64,000 bases of DNA from Bdellovibrionales bacterium (GCA_965203275.1 OZ241865.1:256001-320000), one strand, 5' to 3'. Counted from the stretch's first letter, positions 42,929 to 53,511 are shown. Numbers and translations are program-made. The notes: generated from the letters alone by a model not told the origin.

Positions 42929-44902
42929 TTAACTTGAGCTTTTCTCTGCATTATTGTCTTTTTTTATCTCGTCTTTTTGAGAAGCCTCTGGCTTTTGTGA
43001 TAGAGGAGGCTTGATTTTGTCTGTTTTACTACCTTTGGCTTTTTTAAAGGCTTCACCAAATAGATCGCCAAGACTGGTTTTGCTTGTTGTAGATGGACTA
43101 CCTTCTGGATCATCTTGAGCAAGCTTTGCACTCAAGGCTATCTTTCTAGCTTTTTTATCGACACTTACCACCACTGCCGACAAATGATCGCCTATCTTAA
43201 GATAGGTATTGATTTTTTCAGATCGAGGTTTGGGCATTTCACTAATGTGAATTAAACCCTCTAAGTTAGCTGTCAGCCTTACAAACACACCAAAATCAGC
43301 AATTTTGACAACAGTGACTTTATGTCTGCTGTTTATAGGGAAGGTTTTATCTATATCAATCCAAGGGTCAGGTTCTAACTGCTTAATACCTAAGCTAAAT
43401 CTTTCATGTTCTACGTCTAACCCTAAAACTACAGCTTTGACTGTCTGGCCTTTTTTAAAATTTTCTGATGGATGATGTACTCTTTTTGTCCAAGAAAAAT
43501 CAGAAACATGTACAAGCCCGTCAATATTTTCCTCCACGCCTATAAAAATACCAAAGTCAGTGATTGATTTTACTTCACCTTGAATGATTGTTCCTGGTTC
43601 GTATATTTTCTTTAACTCCTCCCAAGGATTAGTTTTTAATTGTTTAATGCCTAAGCTAATGCGTCTTTGACTTGAATCCACATCTAAAACAACCACATCG
43701 ACTTCACTCCCCACAGAGACACATTCTGAAGGATGTTTGTATCGCTTGGTCCAACTCATTTCACTGATATGAATTAAACCTTCTACGCCATCTTGTAATG
43801 TGACAAAAGCTCCATAATCAGCTAAACTCACAATACGTCCTTTTGTCTTACTTCCGATAGGAAAGCTTTCTATGACACCACTCCAAGGATCTGGTTGCAA
43901 CTGTTTAAGTCCTAAACTCACTCGTCCTGTTTTCTCATCATGTTTGAGAACTTTGACTTCTATCTTGCTACCAACTTCTAATAACTCTGAAGGATGTTTA
44001 ATACGTTTCCAACTCATATCTGTAATATGCAAGAGACCATCTAGACCTCCAAAACCTATAAAAACTCCATAGTCTGTGATATTTTTGACAATCCCTGTGA
44101 CAACGTCTCCCATTTTGATAGTTTCTAATGTTTTATATTGTACTTTTAATTGGTCTTGGTCTTCTTCTAATAAAGCTCTTCTGGAGAGTACAATATTACC
44201 ACGCTTTTTATTAAACTTAATGATTTTACATTGTATAGTTTTACCTACAAATTCATCTAAATTTTTGATGGGGCGTACGTCAATTTGACTCCCTGGGAGA
44301 AAAGCCTTGACACCAATATCAACACTTAATCCCCCTTTGACTGTTGCTACTACAAGCCCTTCAATGACCTCTTGACTTTCAGCAGCTTTGGAAATTTGAT
44401 TCCATGCCTCTAATAGATCGGCTTTGATTTTAGATAAAACAACCATACCACTGTCATTTTCAAGACGATCAATATACACATCATATTGATCACCAATCAC
44501 AACTTGCTTTTTCTCTTTTTGAGGTTTTGGGTCTTTGCTCTTGTCTATTTTTTTTGATTTTGTTTCTTTTTTCATTGGAAATTTTGAAAATTCTTGACCT
44601 TCTGTAGTATTCTCAAAAGGATCTTGTGGCTGAAACTCACTGATAGGGATAAGTCCTTCAGATTTATAATTAATATCCAGTAAGACAAAGTCTTTTTGAA
44701 TGTCAATCACGACGCCTTTGACCACATCTCCTTGTGAAAAGTCACGAGCATATTCGGTCTCTAAGAGATGAGCGAAGGTGTCTTTTTCCCCGGACTCTTC
44801 GGGAATATCTTGACCTGCCTGTGAAGGCATAGTTTTGATTTTATTTTCTGATTCAAGAGTAGGCTTTATAGAAATTACATCTTCTATTGGGGTTTCAGAC
44901 AT
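42929..44902 (-). CDS. rpsA: 30S ribosomal protein S1
   Basis: Six S1 repeats; YKSEG, AFLPGSQ, DGLLHITDMSW, EGLIHISEMSW. Confidence 0.96.
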   Translation of the reverse strand: MSETPIEDVISIKPTLESENKIKTMPSQAGQDIPEESGEKDTFAHLLETEYARDFSQGDVVKGVVIDIQKDFVLLDINYKSEGLIPISEFQPQDPFENTTEGQEFSKFPMKKETKSKKIDKSKDPKPQKEKKQVVIGDQYDVYIDRLENDSGMVVLSKIKADLLEAWNQISKAAESQEVIEGLVVATVKGGLSVDIGVKAFLPGSQIDVRPIKNLDEFVGKTIQCKIIKFNKKRGNIVLSRRALLEEDQDQLKVQYKTLETIKMGDVVTGIVKNITDYGVFIGFGGLDGLLHITDMSWKRIKHPSELLEVGSKIEVKVLKHDEKTGRVSLGLKQLQPDPWSGVIESFPIGSKTKGRIVSLADYGAFVTLQDGVEGLIHISEMSWTKRYKHPSECVSVGSEVDVVVLDVDSSQRRISLGIKQLKTNPWEELKKIYEPGTIIQGEVKSITDFGIFIGVEENIDGLVHVSDFSWTKRVHHPSENFKKGQTVKAVVLGLDVEHERFSLGIKQLEPDPWIDIDKTFPINSRHKVTVVKIADFGVFVRLTANLEGLIHISEMPKPRSEKINTYLKIGDHLSAVVVSVDKKARKIALSAKLAQDDPEGSPSTTSKTSLGDLFGEAFKKAKGSKTDKIKPPLSQKPEASQKDEIKKDNNAEKSSS

Positions 44903-44979
44903 ATATAAAAAACTCCTTTTATTATTGAAGTGATATTATTTATAGTTAAATTCAAAACATTACATAAGTCAATCTTATT

Positions 44980-45618
44980 TTAAAAAGGAGAAGCAAACAT
45001 CTCCATCTGCTTAGGTTTACGTGTTACCTGAACAAATTTCAAAGGAGGACGACCATTCATCAAATGCTCAAGAGTTTTCAAACTGCATGAAGGGTTATGA
45101 ACCACAAGTTGTTTGCAAATGTGAACCATAAGATGACCGCAATAACAAGCATCTTCTTGAGCTCTGTGAAAATCAGTAGCAGAAATATGAAGGTGATTGA
45201 CAAGGGTCCCTAGTTTATAATTAAGCAGGCCCGGAAAGATACTTCTTGCCATACTACAGGAATCAAATACCAGGCCTTGTGGAGCCTTTGTTTCAAACTT
45301 TTTAATATCAGCAGTTAAAAATTCAAAATCAAAGGGAGCATTGTGAGCAACAAGTGGGTCTTTTCCACAAAACTCTGCAAATTTATCTAATACTTGATCC
45401 ACTGTAGGTTTATTTTTGACCATTTCATCTGTGATCCCTGTGATCTCTGTGACTTTCACAGGAATGCTTTTTTTGGGGTTAATAAGGGTTGTATAAACAG
45501 ATGTAGGGCGAGCATTTTCAAATCTAACAGCAGCAATTTCTGTGATTTGATCCACTCCGACTAAAAATCCTGTGGTCTCTACATCAAAAGCAACAAATGA
45601 CATAAACTCTTTTAACAT
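44980..45618 (-). CDS. DEDDh 3'-5' exonuclease (DnaQ-like)
   Basis: FDVETTG, VAHNAPFD, HRAQEDA. Confidence 0.9.
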   Translation of the reverse strand: MLKEFMSFVAFDVETTGFLVGVDQITEIAAVRFENARPTSVYTTLINPKKSIPVKVTEITGITDEMVKNKPTVDQVLDKFAEFCGKDPLVAHNAPFDFEFLTADIKKFETKAPQGLVFDSCSMARSIFPGLLNYKLGTLVNHLHISATDFHRAQEDACYCGHLMVHICKQLVVHNPSCSLKTLEHLMNGRPPLKFVQVTRKPKQMEMFASPF

Positions 45619-45640
45619 AATAATGCTCCTTTCATTTCAT

Positions 45641-46955
45641 TCTCACTAAAAATAAACCAGCCTCTGGCTGTTTTTGGGCAATCAGCCCGACGGCTTATCG
45701 CCGTCGATCAAAGGCTGATTGCCTCAAAAATCCGTTTATTTTTAGTAGGGAGGATCCCCTCATTTCTTTACACCATGTTAAGGAAACAAGATATTCGCTT
45801 CATCCCTTCTGTCTGCCAGATCCCGGAAGAATATCCTTTTGTTTTTTAACACAGTGTTAGAAATCAAATTTTATTTTCACTAAAAGTAAACTGACCTCTG
45901 GTCACTTTTGGACATTGCTCTGACAGCTTACGCTGTCTAAAAAGAGCAATGTCTCAAAAGTCCGTTTACTTTTAGTAGGGAGGATCTCCTCATTTCTTTA
46001 CACCATGTTAAGGAAACAAGATATTCGCTTCATCCCTGCCTGTCTGCCAGATCCCGGAAGAAGATCCTTTTGTTTTTTAACACAGTGTTAGAAATCAAAT
46101 TTTATTTTCACTAAAAGTAAACTGACCTCTGGTCACTTTTGGACATTGCTCTGACAGCTTACGCTGTCTAAAAAGAGCAATGTCTCAAAAGTCCGTTTAC
46201 TTTTAGTAGGGAGGATCTCCTCATTTCTTTACACCATGTTAAGGAAACAAGATATTCGCTTCATCCCTGCCTGTCTGCCAGATCCCGGAAGAAGATCCTT
46301 TTGTTTTTTAACACAGTGTTAGAAATCAAACTTTAAGCCTTCCATTATGATCATTAATGCACTTTTTATAGGCTTAATTTAAAATTTTCAATAAGTCACT
46401 TTATTTTTCAATGTAAACCAGCCTCTGGCTGTTTTTGGGCAATCAGCCCGACGGCTCTCGCCGTCGATCAAAGGCTGATTGCCTCAAAAATCCGTTTATT
46501 TTTAGTAGGGAGGATATCCTTATTTCTTTACATCATGTTAAGGAAACAAGCTATTCACTATATTCACTCCCGGGATCTGATGCCTGACTGCCAGATCCCA
46601 GAAGAAGATCCTTTTGTTTTTTAACACAATGTTAGAAATCAAATTTTATTTTCACTAAAAGTAAACTGACCTGGTCACTTTTGGACATTGCTCTGACAGC
46701 TTACGCTGTCTAAAAAGAGCAATGTCTCAAAAGTCCGTTTACTTTTAGTAGGGAGGATCTCCTCATTTCTTTACACCATGTTAAGGAAACAAGATATTCG
46801 CTTCATCCCTGCCTGTCTGCCAGATCCCGGAAGAAGATCCTTTTGTTTTTTAACACAGTGTTAGAAATCAAACTTTAAGCCTTCCATTATGATCATTAAT
46901 GCACTTTTTATAGGCTTAATTTAAAATTTTCAATAAGTCACTTTATTTTTATGTA
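45641..46955 (-). repeat. Family 1 higher-order array of five cores with ~90-bp linkers (A-B-B-tail-A'-B-tail)
   Basis: Cores at 45645, 45879, 46110, 46414 (clipped) and 46654; tail 46331-46410 is repeated at 46873-46950. Confidence 0.92.
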
Positions 46956-47182
46956 AAGGGATGATGCATGTCAAACTAAATTTAATGCCATTGACTTACT
47001 TAGCAAAGAGATATTAAATTGTGGTCATTTTGAACAAAAAACAAATTTAATATAAGAAAAAAGAAACCATTAAAATTTAAAGAGGTTATAAAAAAGACAT
47101 CTCTAAAATTCATTATATTGTCAGTATTAGAGTGGGGTTTTTCGTTGTTTCGTGCCATTTTTTGTGATCATAACATCTATTT

Positions 47183-47210
47183 TTGACAAAAACCAGATTT
47201 AGAGTATAAT
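47183..47210 (+). promoter_or_regulatory. Consensus sigma70 promoter
   Basis: TTGACA-N16-TATAAT. Confidence 0.65.
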
Positions 47211-47256
47211 ATAATATAAAGGACTAAAAATGACTACTGACTACTAAGGAGGTGTT

Positions 47257-47631
47257 ATGGATTGGATTGTTAAAATATTTGAAACTACAGATTTAATGAC
47301 AATCATTGCCATGTCTATTATTGGCTTTTTTCTTTATAACAGAGCGACCAGATCTTTTAAGGAACAGATAAATCAATCAAATGATAACTTAAAGGAACTA
47401 ATAAAACAATCGGATAATAACTTAAAGGAAATGATAAAACAATCAGAAACTAACTTAAAAGATCTATTAATTACTCTAATTGATCCTATCAAAGAACAAG
47501 TATACAATCATATACCCACACAGATCAGAGAAGTAGACAGGAAGTTTGATCAAAAGTTTGATCGTCTATTGGAGATTTTAATTGACAAAGATAAAGCTGT
47601 GGAAAAAAAGGACTTAAAAAAAAATGACTAA
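47257..47631 (+). CDS. TM plus coiled-coil protein (NH[IL] family), copy 1
   Basis: AGGAGG RBS, IDPIKEQVYNHIPTQI, FDRLLEIL. Confidence 0.85.
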   Translation: MDWIVKIFETTDLMTIIAMSIIGFFLYNRATRSFKEQINQSNDNLKELIKQSDNNLKEMIKQSETNLKDLLITLIDPIKEQVYNHIPTQIREVDRKFDQKFDRLLEILIDKDKAVEKKDLKKND

Positions 47632-47640
47632 GGAGGTGTT

Positions 47641-48057
47641 ATGGATTGGATTGTTAAAATATTTGAAACTACAGATTTAATGACAATCATTGCTATGTCT
47701 ATTATTGGCTTTTTTCTTTATAACAGAGCGACCAGATCTTTTAAGGAACAGATAAATCAATCAAATGATAACTTAAAGGAACTAATAAAACAATCAAATG
47801 ATAACTTAAGGGAAATGATAAAACAATCAGATAATAACTTAAAGGAAATGATAAAACAATCAGAAACTAACTTAAAAGATCTATTAATTACTCTAATTGA
47901 TCCTATCAAAGAACAAGTATACAATCATATACCCACACAGATCAGAGAAGTAGACAGGAAGTTTGATCAAAAGTTTGATCGTCTATTGGAGATTTTAATT
48001 GACAAAGATAAAGCTGTGGAAAAATCAGATGCCAAAGAGCATGAAAAGCCCGTATGA
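47641..48057 (+). CDS. TM plus coiled-coil protein (NH[IL] family), copy 2 (tandem duplicate)
   Basis: Near-identical to copy 1, with one extra 33-bp unit and a different tail. Confidence 0.85.
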   Translation: MDWIVKIFETTDLMTIIAMSIIGFFLYNRATRSFKEQINQSNDNLKELIKQSNDNLREMIKQSDNNLKEMIKQSETNLKDLLITLIDPIKEQVYNHIPTQIREVDRKFDQKFDRLLEILIDKDKAVEKSDAKEHEKPV

Positions 48058-48144
48058 TCAATAACAAATTGACTTTTAGCTTGCTCGATTCAAAAAATGC
48101 TTTTCTGTAGAGAGCATCAAAGTCAAAATCAAGGATAGCGCCAA

Positions 48145-50325
48145 TTAAGTTATAATAAACAAAGTGATCAGAGCAACAATCATACCCAGGATAGAAAAAC
48201 CTAACTTGTAATAATAAGTATAAGCTTTCGATTCATAGTCAGTTGCTTGAATCTTTTTAACTTCGATATAAGGAGTAGGCGACCTGCGATACCACCCTCT
48301 CACCACCACATCTTTTCCTTGTAATTTTTTAAAGTGGAAAAATCCAAACCAAATATTCAGACCAAAAGGTTCATGGTTTAAGAAAATAATTCCTGTTTTA
48401 TCCCTTAAAAAGAAATCTTCTGATAATATCCACCCTGCATCTCCTCTACCTAAAATCTTCCCTTGCAATAAGATAGGATAAGATCGTACAGGAGAGACCT
48501 TAATGATCTTTAAAAGAGCTGCTATAGAGCAAGGAATAAAGTTACCACCAGGGTAAGTCCTTAAGGTGCGAATCAAAGCTCCTACACAAACAAATAAAAG
48601 AGCAATACTTCCAACACCCAGTATGGTATTCCAATGAATGTCAGTGAATATCTGCGTATAAAGTTCTGTATAATTTTGACCTGTCAAAAAGATATAAGAA
48701 ACCACACCTAATATGCCTAAAAGATATGGCAAAATTAAAACAAAAAAATCTATTAAAAAATCATCCCAATAGCTTTCTGGTTTTTGCTTTTTAAATATTA
48801 GATAAGGGGTTTGATTTAAAGCTAAGGCATAAGAGCTAATGGCATTAATCCTTTTAGCTGTCAGAGGATGTGTTGAGTGGAGTTCATAATAAAAAGCCCA
48901 AGGATTCCAAAGGTCCCACCTCATAATATCTTTAATAGTTTCTGGTGAGTATTGTTCGCTCTTTGTTCCTTGAGCAAGAGCTAACTGCTTAGCTCCAGAA
49001 ATGCCCATAATATTTAATGTTTCAACGCTTCGTCGATCTGGTGAAGGATCCCTAGCTCCAAAAACTAAATTGCTGTCAGAGTTTTTTTCATGGCTTTTGT
49101 TAGATGAAGATGTACTAGATATTTCTTTCCGTGGAATACCTTGAGAGCTTTCAGAGCTTTCTTCTCTCTTAGCTTCTGTAGACTGAGAGTGTAAAAGTCC
49201 GTAAGAGATTTTTACTAGGGCAGTTAATAATTTGTTAGGCTTTTGTGTTGCAAAACAGCTAAATTTATCAGCATAATATTCTCTGACCCTTGAAGCAAAT
49301 AGCACTAAATATTCTGCGATCAAATAGGCTATGTAGGCAACAATGGCACAGGCAATGCCTCCACCTCTATCTCTTGTATCCTCACTATCCGTTGCGTCTC
49401 TGAAAGCTACATAAATATTATAAAGTACCATAGGTACAATTTGAATGACTGTCATCAAGACAAAATCCCAATGCTTAATATGTCCCAACTCATGGGCTAG
49501 GACAGCTTCTACTTCATCTTTGTCTAATAAATCAAACATACCTTTAGAGAATACAACCCTTGAACTATAAGGTGTCCGTCCGTATGTGTATGCCTGAGGG
49601 GCTGCATCTCGAATGATCCCCATACGTGGGATAGGGATGCGGTTTTCTTGACAGAGTTTTACTAGGGAGTCTTTAAAATGAGTTGGTAATTGATCGAGCC
49701 TGACCCAATCCAGAGAGCCTAAAAACTTCAGTTGCCAATCTAAAATAATAGGGGAAAAATAAAATTGCAATAGCACAATAACAATAAATCCAAGTGATCC
49801 GGCCCACAAAGGTAAACTAGCAGTTTCCATTGCAAAAACCATAACTCCAAATAATATTCCATAAAGAGAAAATACCACCATAGTGGTCGTAAGAGCAAAG
49901 GAGGGAAGTTTAACATAAGGGTGATACGCTTTGGGTATTGTGTCTTCGCTAGAGCTAAGTATCGATGTATCTTTTTGTATTTTATTAAAGAGTTTATCTT
50001 TTTGCATGTTTTGGAATTCATGGGCATCCAGGTAAATTCCACGACAGGAAGGACATTCTTCCACTTGATAAGAAAAATTTGGCAGTACACCCTGTCTGAG
50101 AGGAACTTGGCATTTAGGACATTTGTCTTCTATAGTATGAGGTTTGTCTAAACCAAAGTGCCAATATTTTTTAAGACGATGGCTCTCTTTGACAAAAAAG
50201 TTAATCTCTCCATGGTCTAGCCAAACCCCCTGACAACCAGAGCAGACGTCAATTAAAACCCCCTTTTTTGTCAAAAGAGGCTTCATGGTGTTTGTACATT
50301 TGATACATTGAATATGTTGTTTCAT
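48145..50325 (-). CDS. M48 (HtpX-like) membrane metalloprotease with two N-terminal zf-TFIIB-like zinc ribbons
   Basis: CIKC..IDVCSGCQGVWLDHGE, CPKC..CPSCRGIYLD, AHELGH, SRVREYYAD, STHP; ATGA overlap with pilR. Confidence 0.88.
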   Translation of the reverse strand: MKQHIQCIKCTNTMKPLLTKKGVLIDVCSGCQGVWLDHGEINFFVKESHRLKKYWHFGLDKPHTIEDKCPKCQVPLRQGVLPNFSYQVEECPSCRGIYLDAHEFQNMQKDKLFNKIQKDTSILSSSEDTIPKAYHPYVKLPSFALTTTMVVFSLYGILFGVMVFAMETASLPLWAGSLGFIVIVLLQFYFSPIILDWQLKFLGSLDWVRLDQLPTHFKDSLVKLCQENRIPIPRMGIIRDAAPQAYTYGRTPYSSRVVFSKGMFDLLDKDEVEAVLAHELGHIKHWDFVLMTVIQIVPMVLYNIYVAFRDATDSEDTRDRGGGIACAIVAYIAYLIAEYLVLFASRVREYYADKFSCFATQKPNKLLTALVKISYGLLHSQSTEAKREESSESSQGIPRKEISSTSSSNKSHEKNSDSNLVFGARDPSPDRRSVETLNIMGISGAKQLALAQGTKSEQYSPETIKDIMRWDLWNPWAFYYELHSTHPLTAKRINAISSYALALNQTPYLIFKKQKPESYWDDFLIDFFVLILPYLLGILGVVSYIFLTGQNYTELYTQIFTDIHWNTILGVGSIALLFVCVGALIRTLRTYPGGNFIPCSIAALLKIIKVSPVRSYPILLQGKILGRGDAGWILSEDFFLRDKTGIIFLNHEPFGLNIWFGFFHFKKLQGKDVVVRGWYRRSPTPYIEVKKIQATDYESKAYTYYYKLGFSILGMIVALITLFIIT

Positions 50326-51731
50326 AATGAATCTTCTTCCAGTTCATCATCTCCTGGCCCTTGTAAATTGTACTTTCTTATTCGGTATCTCATGGAGCGA
50401 AATGTAATACCTAATAACTTTGCAGCTTCTTTTTTACTATTTGCTTTATGAATAGCTTTAACAATTAACTCTTTTTCAATTTGCCCAATGATATTCTCTA
50501 ATTCAACACCCTCATCAGTGATTTCAATATCTCGACTGGACGCCATTTTTCGACCAGAAGATGTCATAACAAAAGGAGGTAAGCTTTCTGGTAAAATACT
50601 TGCCCCTCCTTCTAAAGCTACTGTTCGCTCAATGATATTTTCTAATTCTCGCACATTTCCTGGATAGTGATACTTTTTAAGAGATGCCATAGCCTCATCA
50701 GAAATACCCTGGATATTTTTCATTAATTTTTCGTTATATTTTTTTAAAAAGCACTCTGCTAAAAGAGCAATGTCGTCTTTTCTCTCTCTTAAAGGAGGAA
50801 CATGAATCAAAATCACATTTAATCTATAATAAAGATCTTCTCTAAACTCTCCTCTTTTGACCATATCTTCTAAAACTCTATTGGTAGCAGCAATAAGCCT
50901 CACATTAACTTTAATGTCATTGGTATCTCCTACTCGTCGGATCACTCGCTCTTGAATAGCTCTAAGTAATTTCACTTGAATAGACAGAGGTAGCTCACCA
51001 ATCTCATCTAAAAAGAGTGTCCCTCCATCAGCAGTTTCAAAGAGTCCCTGTTTATCAGAAATAGCTCCTGTAAAAGATCCTTTTTTATGTCCAAACATTT
51101 CTGATTCCATAAGAGATTCAGGGATAGCACCACAATTGACTGTCACAAAAGGTTTATCTTTAAAAGGACCATTGTAATGAACAGCTTTTGCAACCATTTC
51201 TTTACCTGTACCACTCTCACCTGTGATCAGAACATTGGTCGGTGACTTTGAAACTCTTTCAATAACTCCATAAATATTGTGCATCACATCTGAATTGCCC
51301 ACAAGATTTTGAAAGTGAAATTCTTTTTGTAATTCTCTTTTTAAACTACGATTTTCTCGCTCAAGATGTTTGCTTTTTAAGGCATTTTGAATATTGATAC
51401 GCACTTCATCTATTTTGAAAGGCTTTGTGATGTAATCGTATGCTCCTTTTTTCATCACTTCTACAGCAGATTCTGTTGTGCCGAAAGCCGTGATGATCAT
51501 AAAAAGAATATCAGGATAATTGAGATTCACATGATGAAGTAACTCAAGGCCTGTGACATGAGGCATCTGCATATCAGAGACAACCATATCAAAGGATTTC
51601 TTTTTGAGAATATCTATAGCTTGTTGACCATCTTCTCCACAAGTCACTTCATATCCTTCTTTTTTTAACATAATTTCTAAAAATTCTCGGATGGATGGTT
51701 CATCATCAACCACTAATATTTTTGCATTCAT
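50322..51731 (-). CDS. pilR: sigma54-dependent response regulator
   Basis: Receiver domain, GESGTGKE, GSFTGA, FREDLYYRL, SMRYR HTH; downstream of pilC and pilS. Confidence 0.85.
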   Translation of the reverse strand: MNAKILVVDDEPSIREFLEIMLKKEGYEVTCGEDGQQAIDILKKKSFDMVVSDMQMPHVTGLELLHHVNLNYPDILFMIITAFGTTESAVEVMKKGAYDYITKPFKIDEVRINIQNALKSKHLERENRSLKRELQKEFHFQNLVGNSDVMHNIYGVIERVSKSPTNVLITGESGTGKEMVAKAVHYNGPFKDKPFVTVNCGAIPESLMESEMFGHKKGSFTGAISDKQGLFETADGGTLFLDEIGELPLSIQVKLLRAIQERVIRRVGDTNDIKVNVRLIAATNRVLEDMVKRGEFREDLYYRLNVILIHVPPLRERKDDIALLAECFLKKYNEKLMKNIQGISDEAMASLKKYHYPGNVRELENIIERTVALEGGASILPESLPPFVMTSSGRKMASSRDIEITDEGVELENIIGQIEKELIVKAIHKANSKKEAAKLLGITFRSMRYRIRKYNLQGPGDDELEEDSL

Positions 51732-51759
51732 AAATACACTCCTTTATTTATTTTTTAAG

Positions 51760-53511
51760 TTAAATATTTTGCGTTTTTCTTTGTTCTAAATGAACTACAT
51801 TACTCTTGTTTTCTACATCATAAAGACGAGTAAACTCAATTAAAAATTCAGTTCCTTTGTTTTTTTCAGAATTGACATGAATCTTTGCTTTATGATTTTC
51901 TAAGATTTTATGGGTTGTGGCAAGTCCTAAACCTGTCCCAGAAGATTTTGTAGTGACAAATGGTTCAAAAATGCGATCTTTCACCTCGGGATTAAGTCCA
52001 GGACCTGTATCTTTGATAGATACAAAAAGACAACCCCCTTTATTATAAGACTTAACAAATATCTGGGCAGGATGAGTTTTTTCCATAGCTTGATAAGCAT
52101 TGAGCATTAAATTTAAAAATACCTGCTCTAACTTTTCTACTTGGCCTATCAGAGATCCTTTAGACCTTAAATCAACATTTTGCTTAACATGCGAAGGTAA
52201 TTTATGGTTTAATTTAATTTTCTCAAGAGTATCCTTTAACACCTGATGAATATTAACTTGATCATTGGGGATCTTCTCTGGCCTAGCATAATTGAGAAAC
52301 TCTGTAATTAAGAGGTTTAACCGGTCGATCTCTTTTAAAACAATATTATAAAGCCTTTTATTTTCAGTGCCATCTCCATCTTGTGATAAAGTCATTTCAA
52401 GCAGTTGAATACTTCCACTAATACTAGCTAATGGATTACGTATTTCATGGGCAATGCCAGCAGCTAATTGTCCAATGGCAGCCATTTTTTCATTCCTTCT
52501 GGCAACTTCCTCAAGTCTTTTAATATTTGTGAGATCTTGAATAAGTAAAATATGACCTAAAATAGGATCACTTTGAGCAGTTCCTTGACTGATATCTCTT
52601 AAATGGTTCTTCCATTTCCTGTTTTCTGTTGTGAGAGGTGTGAGCGTTAAACCAAGGCGTTTTTCAGTCGATTGAAGTGTATAGGTCTCTTCCCATACAA
52701 TGTGTTTTTTCTTTTGATATATGGGGGAATTAAGATATGTATTGAGGTCTTTTAATAAAGAAGATATAGAAATACGAAGTAAGTTTTTTTCTAAAATATT
52801 TTTAGCTGATATATTAAACTGCATAATATATCCTTTGGTATCAAAAACAATAAGTCCTGAAGGCATAGTCTCTAAGATCAGCTTATTCATATCTTGAAGA
52901 GTATGAATATTCTGTGTTTGATGTTCAATTTTCTGCCCCATAAAACCCATTTGACTACTTAAATAGCTACTCAAAAAAGCCACTAAGAAAAAAGCCATAT
53001 TATTGACCCCTAAGGCAAAAGCTAAATTACTATTGACAATATAAGGATTTAAAATAAGCAGGACAGTGAAAAGAAAAGAAGTCAAGAGAGCTAAAAAAAA
53101 AGCTCCTCTCCATGGAAAAATCAAACCAAACAGAAGGATATTGATCAAATACAAAAACAAAAAAATAGGCTGAGTATTTTGAGTGATATGAACCAACGAA
53201 GAAATAAAAAATGTATCAAATACAAACAAAATAATCACTGTAACTAGTAAATATTTGGAATGATAAAAAAAGAGCAAGTAAATAGAATTAAGTAGAAATG
53301 CTAAAAAAAGCATCGTGTAAAAGATGTTATTGATATCAGGAATAATAAAAAAATGATTGGTTATTTGAAAAGCTAAAAAACTTAAAGTCACTAAAACATA
53401 AAAAATAAGCCTACAAATCTCTATAAAAAAAAGCTTATTATGTAAATTAGAAATAGGAGCTATGAAAGGGTAGGATTTGTGAGGAAGTTTTAAACTATCA
53501 AAAGGTTGCAT
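51760..53511 (-). CDS. pilS: Sensor histidine kinase
   Basis: Multi-TM N-terminus, PAS-like region, AHEIRNPL, N box, DTGPG, GTGLGL. Confidence 0.82.
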   Translation of the reverse strand: MQPFDSLKLPHKSYPFIAPISNLHNKLFFIEICRLIFYVLVTLSFLAFQITNHFFIIPDINNIFYTMLFLAFLLNSIYLLFFYHSKYLLVTVIILFVFDTFFISSLVHITQNTQPIFLFLYLINILLFGLIFPWRGAFFLALLTSFLFTVLLILNPYIVNSNLAFALGVNNMAFFLVAFLSSYLSSQMGFMGQKIEHQTQNIHTLQDMNKLILETMPSGLIVFDTKGYIMQFNISAKNILEKNLLRISISSLLKDLNTYLNSPIYQKKKHIVWEETYTLQSTEKRLGLTLTPLTTENRKWKNHLRDISQGTAQSDPILGHILLIQDLTNIKRLEEVARRNEKMAAIGQLAAGIAHEIRNPLASISGSIQLLEMTLSQDGDGTENKRLYNIVLKEIDRLNLLITEFLNYARPEKIPNDQVNIHQVLKDTLEKIKLNHKLPSHVKQNVDLRSKGSLIGQVEKLEQVFLNLMLNAYQAMEKTHPAQIFVKSYNKGGCLFVSIKDTGPGLNPEVKDRIFEPFVTTKSSGTGLGLATTHKILENHKAKIHVNSEKNKGTEFLIEFTRLYDVENKSNVVHLEQRKTQNI

